Shown here piece by piece: positions 31,645 through 39,444 of a DNA stretch of 64,000 nucleotides. The DNA lies in contig CBDCFN010000015.1 of NCBI GenBank assembly GCA_965216315.1, positions 352,001 through 416,000 of the forward strand, given 5' to 3'. The first letter of the stretch is position 1; the number at the start of each line of letters is the position of its first letter. Origin of the DNA: a bacterium (GTDB lineage: Bacteria; UBA10199; 2-02-FULL-50-16; JAJFLM01). Below the pieces are notes generated by a model that did not search any database, had not been told where the DNA came from, and was given only the letters and a program-made list of their open reading frames with translations. The position numbers and the translations under genes are program-made.

Positions 31645-32910
31645 ATGTCGGTCAGTGATCGTGCGAAAAAAATGAAGCCCTTTTTGGCCATGGAACTTTT
31701 GGAGAAGGTTCAGGCCGCCCAGGCCGAGGGGCGCGATGTTATTTCCCTCGCACTCGGCGAACCAGACTTTGACGCGCCAGAATGCGTCAAGAAATCTATT
31801 GGTGCTGCAATCGCCGCGAACGAGACCAAATACACTCACAGCCAAGGATTGATGGGGCTTCGCGAGGAAATCTGTCGCCATTATTATGAGCGTTATAAAG
31901 TTGAAATTAGCCCAGAGCGCGTCATAGTGACGTCGGGAACTTCGCCGGCCTTGGTCCTGATTTTTGGGGCCCTGCTTGACGCGGGTGAGGAGTTCATCCT
32001 GCCGGACCCTCATTATCCCTGCTACCCGAGTTTTGTCCAATTCCTGAACGGTCAACCCGTCTACGTCCCCGTCGCGGAAGCTGACGGTTTTCAGTACCGG
32101 CCGGAAGAGGTCAAAAAGCGCGTCACGAACCAGACCAAGGGAATCATGCTGACCTCGCCGGCGAACCCGACGGGGACGATTATGGACGCCGATACGATGG
32201 AACAGATGGCTGAACTGGTAGGGGCGCCGCTTGCTGCGCCCGATAAAGGCCCCTACATTGTCAGCGACGAGATTTATCATGGGCTCGTGTATGAACCAAT
32301 TGCGCCGGGTGACGCGGGACACATTTTCGCGAACGAGACTTCAGCGAGCGAGCCGAAAATCGTGTCGCAGCGGCAGGACCCGGCCACTCGTTGCGAACAT
32401 TCCATTCTTGAGTTCACCGACCGTGCCTTCGTCATCAACGGCTTCTCCAAGGCCTATGCGATGACCGGTTTCCGGCTCGGCTACTGCATCGTCCCGGAGG
32501 ACTTCGTCCGTCCCATGCAGATCATGCAGCAGAACCTGTTTATTTCGGCCAATAGCTTCGTCCAGCAGGCCGGCATCACGGCCCTGCGTGACGCGGGACC
32601 CGACGTCGAGCGCATGCGTCAGGAATTCGATCGCCGCCGCCGCCTTGTGTTGACGCGCTTGCAGGAAATGGGCTTCCGGATCGCGGTCGAACCGCTCGGG
32701 GCCTTCTATGTCTTCGCGAATGCCAAGCATCTCACCCAAGATAGCTTCCAGTTTTGCATGGACCTCTTTGACGCGACCGGAGTGGCGGTGACACCGGGCA
32801 TTGATTTCGGACCCGGGGGGGAAGGTTACCTGCGTTTTTCATACGCGAATTCGCTGGAGACAATTCAGGAGGCGCTGAACCGAATAGCAGCCTATTTGAA
32901 GGCGACCTAG
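31645..32910 (+). CDS. PLP-dependent aminotransferase class I/II (aspartate aminotransferase-like)
   Basis: GEPDF, SPANPTG, SDEIY, GFSKAYAMTGFRLG, YLRFSYA. Confidence 0.94.
   Translation: MSVSDRAKKMKPFLAMELLEKVQAAQAEGRDVISLALGEPDFDAPECVKKSIGAAIAANETKYTHSQGLMGLREEICRHYYERYKVEISPERVIVTSGTSPALVLIFGALLDAGEEFILPDPHYPCYPSFVQFLNGQPVYVPVAEADGFQYRPEEVKKRVTNQTKGIMLTSPANPTGTIMDADTMEQMAELVGAPLAAPDKGPYIVSDEIYHGLVYEPIAPGDAGHIFANETSASEPKIVSQRQDPATRCEHSILEFTDRAFVINGFSKAYAMTGFRLGYCIVPEDFVRPMQIMQQNLFISANSFVQQAGITALRDAGPDVERMRQEFDRRRRLVLTRLQEMGFRIAVEPLGAFYVFANAKHLTQDSFQFCMDLFDATGVAVTPGIDFGPGGEGYLRFSYANSLETIQEALNRIAAYLKAT
32218..32241 (+). repeat. GTAG-type REP-like palindrome in frame inside the aminotransferase
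   Basis: GTAGGGGCGCCGCTTGCTGCGCCC, encodes VGAPLAAP. Confidence 0.75.
32296..32394. repeat. In-frame palindromic insertion in the aminotransferase
   Basis: About 33 extra codons between GLVYE and EHSILEF; arms GCCGGGT/ACCCGGC and GACACATTTTCG/CGAAAATCGTGTC. Confidence 0.6.
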
Positions 32911-32918
32911 CGGGCTGG

Positions 32919-34220
32919 TCAGGGCGTCAAGGGGAGTGCGCGCAAGGCATATTCCTCGAGCAATTTCTCCATCTCCCGAAGCTGGCCGGAAAAATAGCGC
33001 CGGCGTTTCTCGTCGACGATTTCGGTCAGAAAGCGATAATCAAAAATGGGTTGGGTGTCAGGCCGTGTGCCGTGTTCACAGGAGCGGATATAGGAGGCGG
33101 CCTGACTGCAGTAGGTGTCGAAGGCGTTGAGGACGGTATCGGGCAGCTCGGTTTTCCCTTGTTTCTTTGCCTTGCGTGGTTCGTATACCAAGTTTCGCTG
33201 GATTTCCCCCCAGCGGAAGTTGCCCATCGTCATGACCTGGATCTCTGCGGCGGGGCGTGGGAGGCGCATGCTGCCCTCAAAGCTCTTGAGGATGTTGATA
33301 TGGCTCGCCTGATACCCGCTCGGATAGTCATGGGTTTCCACCTGATGAATTTGATAGGCGTAGGGTTGCTGTTCATCGGGATCCCCAAAGCGGGAACGGG
33401 TCAGGGCCTCTTCAATGCGTTTAATCGTTGGACCGACATCCATCGGTCCGGAGACGACGACACGCAGCCCGGCCAGGTCGAAGATGTCATTCATGTTCTT
33501 CATGCCGCGGGTGACGAGTTTTCTGAGGACCCCTTGCTTGATGCGGCCAAAGATCAGCTCCGTGCCGGGCATCCAACCGACTTCTCGGTCGAGCAGGCTT
33601 TGCAATTCCTGGAGCCCCAGTAAATAGGGCTCGAGAAAATTGGCTTCAGCCTCGTTGCGTGACTTGCGATAGCTCAGGAGCTGTTCAAACAAGAAACGGG
33701 CAAAGTGTTCGTAGTCGGAGCCCAAGTAAGACAGGGTGCGCGCCATTCCCTCGATCAAGTGACTCGCGAAACAATCCGCGTCACGCAGCCGGTTGACCTC
33801 TTGCAACGCGGCGAGGGTGAGTTCCGCCTCGCGAACGACCTCGTGAGGGGCCTTGTTTTCGGCGTGGACTTGGCTCAACAACCATTGCTCGATCATCGTA
33901 TGGATACGGGCGGTCGGGACTTCGTCTCCGGGCCGCGCATTTTCGACGAGTTCCGCGAACTCAGCGGTGATCCGGTGGGCCATGTTCTGGAGGACTTCGG
34001 CGTCACCATTGCGAAACATGGTCGGGACCAGAAAATGGGCCGGTTGGTTGAGGTGCTCCTGCAAGGGCTTGGAACCGGCCGGTAGCTCCCAGGGCCGGTT
34101 GGTCAGGACGACGGCCGGCTGTCCATTGACGCTCGGCTGAATCACCGTGTGCGGATTCAGCAGGCTTGCACCCATCGTTGCTGCAGCGGATGCCGGAACT
34201 ATGAAATACTGAAAAGACAT
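32919..34220 (-). CDS. RelA/SpoT synthetase-domain protein (small alarmone synthetase-like) with novel N-terminal region
   Basis: GRIK, DLAGLRVV, SGYQASHI, EIQVMT motifs; no HD, TGS or ACT domain seen. Confidence 0.82.
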   Translation of the reverse strand: MSFQYFIVPASAAATMGASLLNPHTVIQPSVNGQPAVVLTNRPWELPAGSKPLQEHLNQPAHFLVPTMFRNGDAEVLQNMAHRITAEFAELVENARPGDEVPTARIHTMIEQWLLSQVHAENKAPHEVVREAELTLAALQEVNRLRDADCFASHLIEGMARTLSYLGSDYEHFARFLFEQLLSYRKSRNEAEANFLEPYLLGLQELQSLLDREVGWMPGTELIFGRIKQGVLRKLVTRGMKNMNDIFDLAGLRVVVSGPMDVGPTIKRIEEALTRSRFGDPDEQQPYAYQIHQVETHDYPSGYQASHINILKSFEGSMRLPRPAAEIQVMTMGNFRWGEIQRNLVYEPRKAKKQGKTELPDTVLNAFDTYCSQAASYIRSCEHGTRPDTQPIFDYRFLTEIVDEKRRRYFSGQLREMEKLLEEYALRALPLTP

Positions 34221-34229
34221 CGGGCGTCT

Positions 34230-34255
34230 TTTTCGGCAGCTTGTCGCCAGGGTTG
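34230..34255 (-). promoter_or_regulatory. sigma28-like promoter motif copy 7 (CAAC-N14-GCCGAAAA)
   Basis: 9 nt upstream of ATG 34220. Confidence 0.65.
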
Positions 34256-34381
34256 TGAACTAAAGCGGATAAATAGCACTCCAAGGCGGTTTGCTTTGCG
34301 AATTCATGCGAAGAGCGGGTGTTCCGTACGCGTTATGTGGGCATTTGGCCGGCTCGCAAATTTCTGCAACCGCTGTATTGG

Positions 34382-34407
34382 CAACTTTTGGCAAAGAATT
34401 GCGACAA
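34382..34407 (+). promoter_or_regulatory. sigma28-like promoter motif copy 8 (CAAC-N14-TGCGACAA)
   Basis: 9 nt upstream of in-frame GTG 34417; weakest -10 match. Confidence 0.5.
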
Positions 34408-34416
34408 ACGGGAACG

Positions 34417-35967
34417 GTGTATGTCTCAGCTTTAACAAGTTCTACAACCGCAGCAACGATGCTGGCGGCATCGGCGCCGATTCGGCCCCATCTGTTCCAG
34501 CGCGTGCGGGAGCGTGTGGTTGAGCCGGCGGTCAGCTCGGTGCGGACGCCGGAAGGGCGTTCCCATCTGGCGCGTTTGACCCGCTTGGGCGTGCGTGCTG
34601 CGAGTGCGCGCCTTTTGCACGGCCGTTCGGAGCGGCCCTCGCTGGAAACCGCGCGCGAAGAGGGCCTGCACTTTGCGAGCCGGCCCTCCGAAAAAGACGA
34701 ATTTTTAACGGCCCTGCTCGGTGATGAAAGCTACGTCTGGAACCTGCTCGGGCTGAAAGCGACGTTCGGTTCAATGGTGCGGGGGTTGTGGCAGTACGGC
34801 CAAGTGGTCGGCCTCCGGCAGTTTGTTTCCGATTATCGTCATACCTTCAACAGTCGCGAACGGCTTCCGATCAATCCCGCCTATCTGGACAAGGGCCGGA
34901 GGGTCTTTGGGGAGTGGTGCATTCGTTATGCGGCAGCCAACAACATTGATGTTCAGTTTGAGGGGTTGGAGAAAATTCCGGCCGAGGGCCCGGTTGTCTA
35001 CGCAATGGGCCCGCATAGCAGTATTTTTCCCGACTTTCTCTTCGCGATCGCCGATCCGCGCCTCGGTTTCGTCGCAGCGGCCGACAACTTTCGAGATAAC
35101 CTCGCGGCCCGCATCATGGGTTTTTCGCTGCTGAGCGACGAATTAGGGATTCCACTCGTCGACCGCAATGATATTGAGTGGAATAAAGTCCTCTATCCGT
35201 TGATTATTCAGACGGCGATGGAGTTCGGGATTCGCCCGGCCTGGTGGTGGCATGGAAGACGTCTTCCGGAGGCCTACAACGATGAAGGCCATTCGGATCG
35301 CGTCGGGTACTATTCAGCCGTCGATCCGATCAAGGACGGCAAGTTCAATCCACTCCAGTACCGGCGTTTGGGAGGTGTGATCGATAACGCCCTCGAATTG
35401 GCGATCCAGTCCCAGCAGACAGTGAAACTGATTGTCGTGACTGTTGACGGAGCGGAGACCGTCATGCCCAAGCGCACGAGTAAGTTTCCCTTTTGGCAGG
35501 AAAATCGGGCCGGTAAGACCGTGCGCTATAAGGTCGTCGAGGTCATTGATGTCGAACCTCCACAACGGTCGAAACGGGCCCTGGTCCGCCCCTTGAGTAA
35601 CGCGATTGAGGAGGCAACCAAAGAGGATATGGGCATCGATCAATTCCTTGCCGCTACGGTGACGCGGTGGGGGGCCTTACGTGGCTACGCAAACAGCGGG
35701 GAGCGCTTCTTGGAACTTGCTCGCCGGGATAGAAAGGCCCGCTTGTTCATGGTCGCTGATCGAATCCGTTCCATCCATCCGGCTTCGGAGGATAAACACA
35801 GTCGCCGTGAGTTGATCGATCGGCTCTTACATATCGTGCATGCCGAGGCGGGTGACAATGAGGCCGAAAGAATCATGTCGGTCGCGTGGCTCGATCTCTT
35901 GCTGCATGACGTTTCGGAACAGGTCTCCCAGACCCAGTATCGGCCGCCGCGGCGGCTTTCAGCCTAA
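34417..35967 (+). CDS. Divergent PlsC/LPAAT-family acyltransferase with N- and C-terminal extensions
   Basis: VQFEGLEKIP, PHSSIFPD (HX4-5D), IPLVDR, WWHGRR (FPEGTR-like). Confidence 0.68.
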   Translation: MYVSALTSSTTAATMLAASAPIRPHLFQRVRERVVEPAVSSVRTPEGRSHLARLTRLGVRAASARLLHGRSERPSLETAREEGLHFASRPSEKDEFLTALLGDESYVWNLLGLKATFGSMVRGLWQYGQVVGLRQFVSDYRHTFNSRERLPINPAYLDKGRRVFGEWCIRYAAANNIDVQFEGLEKIPAEGPVVYAMGPHSSIFPDFLFAIADPRLGFVAAADNFRDNLAARIMGFSLLSDELGIPLVDRNDIEWNKVLYPLIIQTAMEFGIRPAWWWHGRRLPEAYNDEGHSDRVGYYSAVDPIKDGKFNPLQYRRLGGVIDNALELAIQSQQTVKLIVVTVDGAETVMPKRTSKFPFWQENRAGKTVRYKVVEVIDVEPPQRSKRALVRPLSNAIEEATKEDMGIDQFLAATVTRWGALRGYANSGERFLELARRDRKARLFMVADRIRSIHPASEDKHSRRELIDRLLHIVHAEAGDNEAERIMSVAWLDLLLHDVSEQVSQTQYRPPRRLSA

Positions 35968-36960
35968 GTTAATCTTCCGGACAATCACGCCCGCATCTTG
36001 TAGGAGTTTGGTAGGAACTTCGCCCATAGAGTATTGGTTGGAAAAGACCACTTCGGCGATGCCGGAATTCAAGATCATCTTGGTGCAGAGCAGACAGGGC
36101 GAGAAGGTCGTGTAGATCGTCGCCTTCTTGATATTGACGCCGTGGTAGGCGGCCTGGACGATGGAGTTTTCCTCGGCGTGCGAGCAGTAACACTCCTCGA
36201 GGGACTTGCCGCTTTCGCCCAAAGCGTTACAGCGGGGGCAACCGCCTTCGTTGCAATTGGGCAGCCCGCGTGGGGTCCCGTTGTAACCGGTCGAAATGAT
36301 GCGCCGGTCCTTGACGATGATCGCGGCCACTTTGCGCTTGATGCAGTTGGAACGCATCGCGACGGTCTGGGCGATGCGCATGAAGTACTCGTCCCACTCC
36401 GGGCGTTTTACGCTCCCTGCCAGGCGCTGAAGACACCTCCGGACAGCTTCGTGGAGGTCTTCGAGGCTGCCGTTATTTTCGAGGGACGTGTCGGCCAGAT
36501 CTTCGGTGGCGGAGAGTTGTTGTTTCGCGGGGTCATCTGTCGTCATCTCGGCGGATTCGTGACGACGGAACTCCTCGAGGGACTGGGCATCACTCTCGCG
36601 CTGGCGTGTCTTGACGCGTTCGAAGCGGACTTCTTCAGTGGCGGCAACTTTCAAGAGACGAAAATTACCCCGCTTTTGCAGGGCCTTGACCTCGAACGGG
36701 TTGCGGATCGAGTCGATGACGTAATTTTTGTCCGGTTCGAGTTTTTCAAGGACCCGCTCGGCGAGGACAGAAGGGCCATAATTGCGGCGCAATTCGGTGC
36801 CGATCTCGATCAGGTTGTCCCGCGTGATGTCCATGCTGCGGGTCTTGAGTTCTTCGCGGATCATGTCGGAGAGGGAATAGTAGCTGTAGCCGATTTTCTT
36901 GAGGAATTCGGCGACTTCGCCCTTTCCCGCGCCGTTCTTACCGACGAGTCCGATGATCAT
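35959..36960 (-). CDS. dCMP deaminase fused to an N-terminal P-loop nucleotide kinase-like domain
   Basis: GLVGKNGAGKG, DSIRN; RPEWDEYFM, GYNGTP, HAEEN, PCLLC. Confidence 0.9.
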   Translation of the reverse strand: MIIGLVGKNGAGKGEVAEFLKKIGYSYYSLSDMIREELKTRSMDITRDNLIEIGTELRRNYGPSVLAERVLEKLEPDKNYVIDSIRNPFEVKALQKRGNFRLLKVAATEEVRFERVKTRQRESDAQSLEEFRRHESAEMTTDDPAKQQLSATEDLADTSLENNGSLEDLHEAVRRCLQRLAGSVKRPEWDEYFMRIAQTVAMRSNCIKRKVAAIIVKDRRIISTGYNGTPRGLPNCNEGGCPRCNALGESGKSLEECYCSHAEENSIVQAAYHGVNIKKATIYTTFSPCLLCTKMILNSGIAEVVFSNQYSMGEVPTKLLQDAGVIVRKINLG

Positions 36961-37259
36961 TTGAAAATGGGGGTGTGTGCTGAGCCCAACACCCCCATAC
37001 CCCCGCTCCGGTTCTCTCGCGCGGAGTGAATCCGACGCTCGTTCACAAACAATTCCATCAAGCCTCTCTAGATCATCTACAGAATGCTGTCTAGTGGGTT
37101 CAGAACACTCACAAATTCTTGCTAATTCTGGGGTGAACCTATGCTAAAATAGCCGCGGTTGCGCCCCCTTTTCTAGCGCAGGAAAGGGTAGGAGGAAGGA
37201 TGATGAAGAATCACCCTTATCTCAGGCCTCCCCCGATAGGGGGAGGAGGCGCACCATTT

Positions 37260-37317
37260 AGAGGGGCTAGCGTCGCCCCCTCCGGTCGGCAAAGCCGCCG
37301 GAGCCTCCCCCTCTCGG
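37260..37317 (+). repeat. ~57-bp palindromic repeat element; inverted copy at 48302-48357
   Basis: AGAGGGGCTAGCGTCGCCCCCTCC...CGGAGCCTCCCCCTCTCG. Confidence 0.7.
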
Positions 37318-37354
37318 ACGCATTGCGTCCTATGGGGAGAGACAAGGAGGAAAT

Positions 37355-37657
37355 ATGTTGGCAGAAATATCCGTTGCTCCGGCCGACCATTGGGACCATA
37401 TGAGTCCGTATGTTGCGGAATCCTTGCAGCTGATCAAGAATAGCGGGCTCGATTATCAGCTGGGCCCGATGGGCACGGTGATTGAAGGCGAGCCGGAAGC
37501 CGTTTTTGATCTCGTCAAGTCACTACATCTCAATATGCGCAAGCATTCCCTGCGCATTTCGACGACGATCAAGATCGATGACGATGTCCGGCGGCCCACT
37601 GGTCGCATGATCGGCAAGGTCGTCGCCGTGGAAGAAAAAATCGCCGGAGGACACTAA
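37355..37657 (+). CDS. MTH1187/YkoF-family thiamine-binding protein
   Basis: AEISVAP, SGLDYQLGPMGTVIEG, IKIDD. Confidence 0.88.
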   Translation: MLAEISVAPADHWDHMSPYVAESLQLIKNSGLDYQLGPMGTVIEGEPEAVFDLVKSLHLNMRKHSLRISTTIKIDDDVRRPTGRMIGKVVAVEEKIAGGH

Positions 37658-38064
37658 TGAAGGTAAAGATTTTTGGTTTGCTTATGACCATTGCCCTAGG
37701 GGCTCTGCTGGCTGCGCCCTCATACGCATTCACCCTACAAGATCCTATCCTTAAACAGAAGGGAATCGAATACGCGATCACCGGGGTCGCCGAATCCAAG
37801 CAGGATCCGCGGTGGCAGGATGCCCGGCGCTTTCCCCTCAAACTGGAGTTTGCGACGGCCCGGGGTGAGCTCTATTCCGATGTTGATGTGCGGATTTACA
37901 CAATGGACCAAAAATTGGTGCTCAACGTCCGCGTCAATGCGCCGTGGCTGATGGTCGGGCTTAAGGCGGGGACCTACAATGTCTACGTTCAGGGGCCGAG
38001 TAAGAAGTCGACGGTCGTCACGATTACGCCGGGACAGCAGGTGTATAAGACGTTTAAGTGGTAA
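37657..38064 (+). CDS. Secreted beta-sandwich hypothetical protein
   Basis: Sec signal (..APSYA); PWLMVGLKAGTY. Confidence 0.7.
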   Translation: MKVKIFGLLMTIALGALLAAPSYAFTLQDPILKQKGIEYAITGVAESKQDPRWQDARRFPLKLEFATARGELYSDVDVRIYTMDQKLVLNVRVNAPWLMVGLKAGTYNVYVQGPSKKSTVVTITPGQQVYKTFKW

Positions 38065-38145
38065 TTGATTGGTTTTTGCGCCGTGAACTCAAGGGCCTGA
38101 CCATTCATTACGAAGGCCCTATGTTCGGTCTTATGGCCTGCTGTG

Positions 38146-38907
38146 CTAATTGGCGCGTCCCTTGAGTCGTGCGAAGAGAAGACCCACTTCATATAGAAGC
38201 CAAATGGGGATGGCCAAAAGGATCTGGGATACGACGTCCGGCGGCGTCAGCAACATCCCTACAACAAATGCGGCGAGGATGACATACGGGCGTTTTGCCG
38301 CAAGCGACTTCACGTCCATGATCCCACTGTGGGCGAGGAAAAAAATCACAACGGGGACCTCGAACGAAAGCCCGAATGAGAGGAATAGTTTGAGACAAAA
38401 ATCCAAGTACAGTCGAATGTCCGGCGTGATGACCAATCCTGGCGGTGCCACCCGTGTAAAAAAACCGAATGCCAACGGTAGAACCAAAAAATAGGCGAAT
38501 GCCATTCCCAGGTAGAACAAACCTGTACTTACTGCGATTAACGGCCAGACCATGTGCTGTTCATTTTTATAAAGGGCTGGTGCGAAGAATCCCCATAAGA
38601 AGTAGGCTAAGACCGGAATAGATATGACGAACGAGCTGACGAAGGAGAGTTTAAGCGGCGCCAAAAATGATGAAGTGACGGCCGTGGCAATGATGCTTTG
38701 ATGCTCCGGCAATACGGTTAAAAGCGGTATCGCGACTAGCTCAAATAGGTCGCTTGCAAAATAAAACAAGATCAAGAACGTGATCAGAACGGTAGTGGCG
38801 CATTTGAGCAGACATGTTCGTAGGCCGATGAGATGCGCTATGAGCGGCGAACCGACATCATTGTCAGCGGCCATCGATGTTGCGTGTTTGCCCATTTTCC
38901 CATCCAT
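38146..38907 (-). CDS. tatC: Twin-arginine translocase TatC
   Basis: PLIAHL, APALYKNE, SFEVPV, LTPPDVVSQ; start may be 38877. Confidence 0.95.
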   Translation of the reverse strand: MDGKMGKHATSMAADNDVGSPLIAHLIGLRTCLLKCATTVLITFLILFYFASDLFELVAIPLLTVLPEHQSIIATAVTSSFLAPLKLSFVSSFVISIPVLAYFLWGFFAPALYKNEQHMVWPLIAVSTGLFYLGMAFAYFLVLPLAFGFFTRVAPPGLVITPDIRLYLDFCLKLFLSFGLSFEVPVVIFFLAHSGIMDVKSLAAKRPYVILAAFVVGMLLTPPDVVSQILLAIPIWLLYEVGLLFARLKGRAN

Positions 38908-39220
38908 TATGTTCCGGAGCGGCTTTTTTGATCGGTTGCGACGCGTCAGTGTTCATGGCCGGAATCCTCGGATTAAAACTGATACGAACCCGTTTCTTGC
39001 CGGTGACCGGGCCGACGTTATCCAGGTCGTTTTGGAAATCATTTTTACTCAACTCGTCACTAAGTGATCTAAGCTCACTTTTAAATCGAGACACATGCGC
39101 GTGCAGATACCTCCACCACTGTCCTAGTTTTTGGGCCATTTCCGGGAGACGTTTAGGGCCGATGACAAGGAGGGCCACAAAACCTAAAAGAAGTAACTCC
39201 ATCGATCCAATATCAATCAT
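38864..39220 (-). CDS. tatB: Twin-arginine translocase TatB
   Basis: MIDIGSMELL..VIGPKRLP. Confidence 0.9.
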   Translation of the reverse strand: MIDIGSMELLLLGFVALLVIGPKRLPEMAQKLGQWWRYLHAHVSRFKSELRSLSDELSKNDFQNDLDNVGPVTGKKRVRISFNPRIPAMNTDASQPIKKAAPEHNGWENGQTRNIDGR

Positions 39221-39235
39221 GGCCTTATCGGCTTT

Positions 39236-39424
39236 CTATTGCGATTGCACTGTTTCGGCTGATTTAGGACCGTTCTGCTGATCCCTATCCGCCGCATTCT
39301 TAAAGCTTCGGACCGCTGCGCCAAGATCACTTCCTACGTTGCGCAGCCGCTTTGCTCCAAATATGACGAGAGCAATCAGCAATATTAAAATCAGCGAACC
39401 AATACTCATTCCACCAATACCCAT
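39236..39424 (-). CDS. tatA: Twin-arginine translocase TatA
   Basis: TM helix, FGAKRLRNVGSDLG..FK. Confidence 0.93.
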   Translation of the reverse strand: MGIGGMSIGSLILILLIALVIFGAKRLRNVGSDLGAAVRSFKNAADRDQQNGPKSAETVQSQ

Positions 39425-39444
39425 TCCGAGTTCTCCTTATCCAT

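Noticed and set aside
36034..37029. 331-aa plus-strand ORF
   Set aside because: Antisense shadow of the kinase-deaminase gene
37040..37350. TPP riboswitch upstream of the thiamine-binding protein gene
   Set aside because: No CTGAGA / ACCTGA core; the hairpins belong to a repeat family also found at 48302
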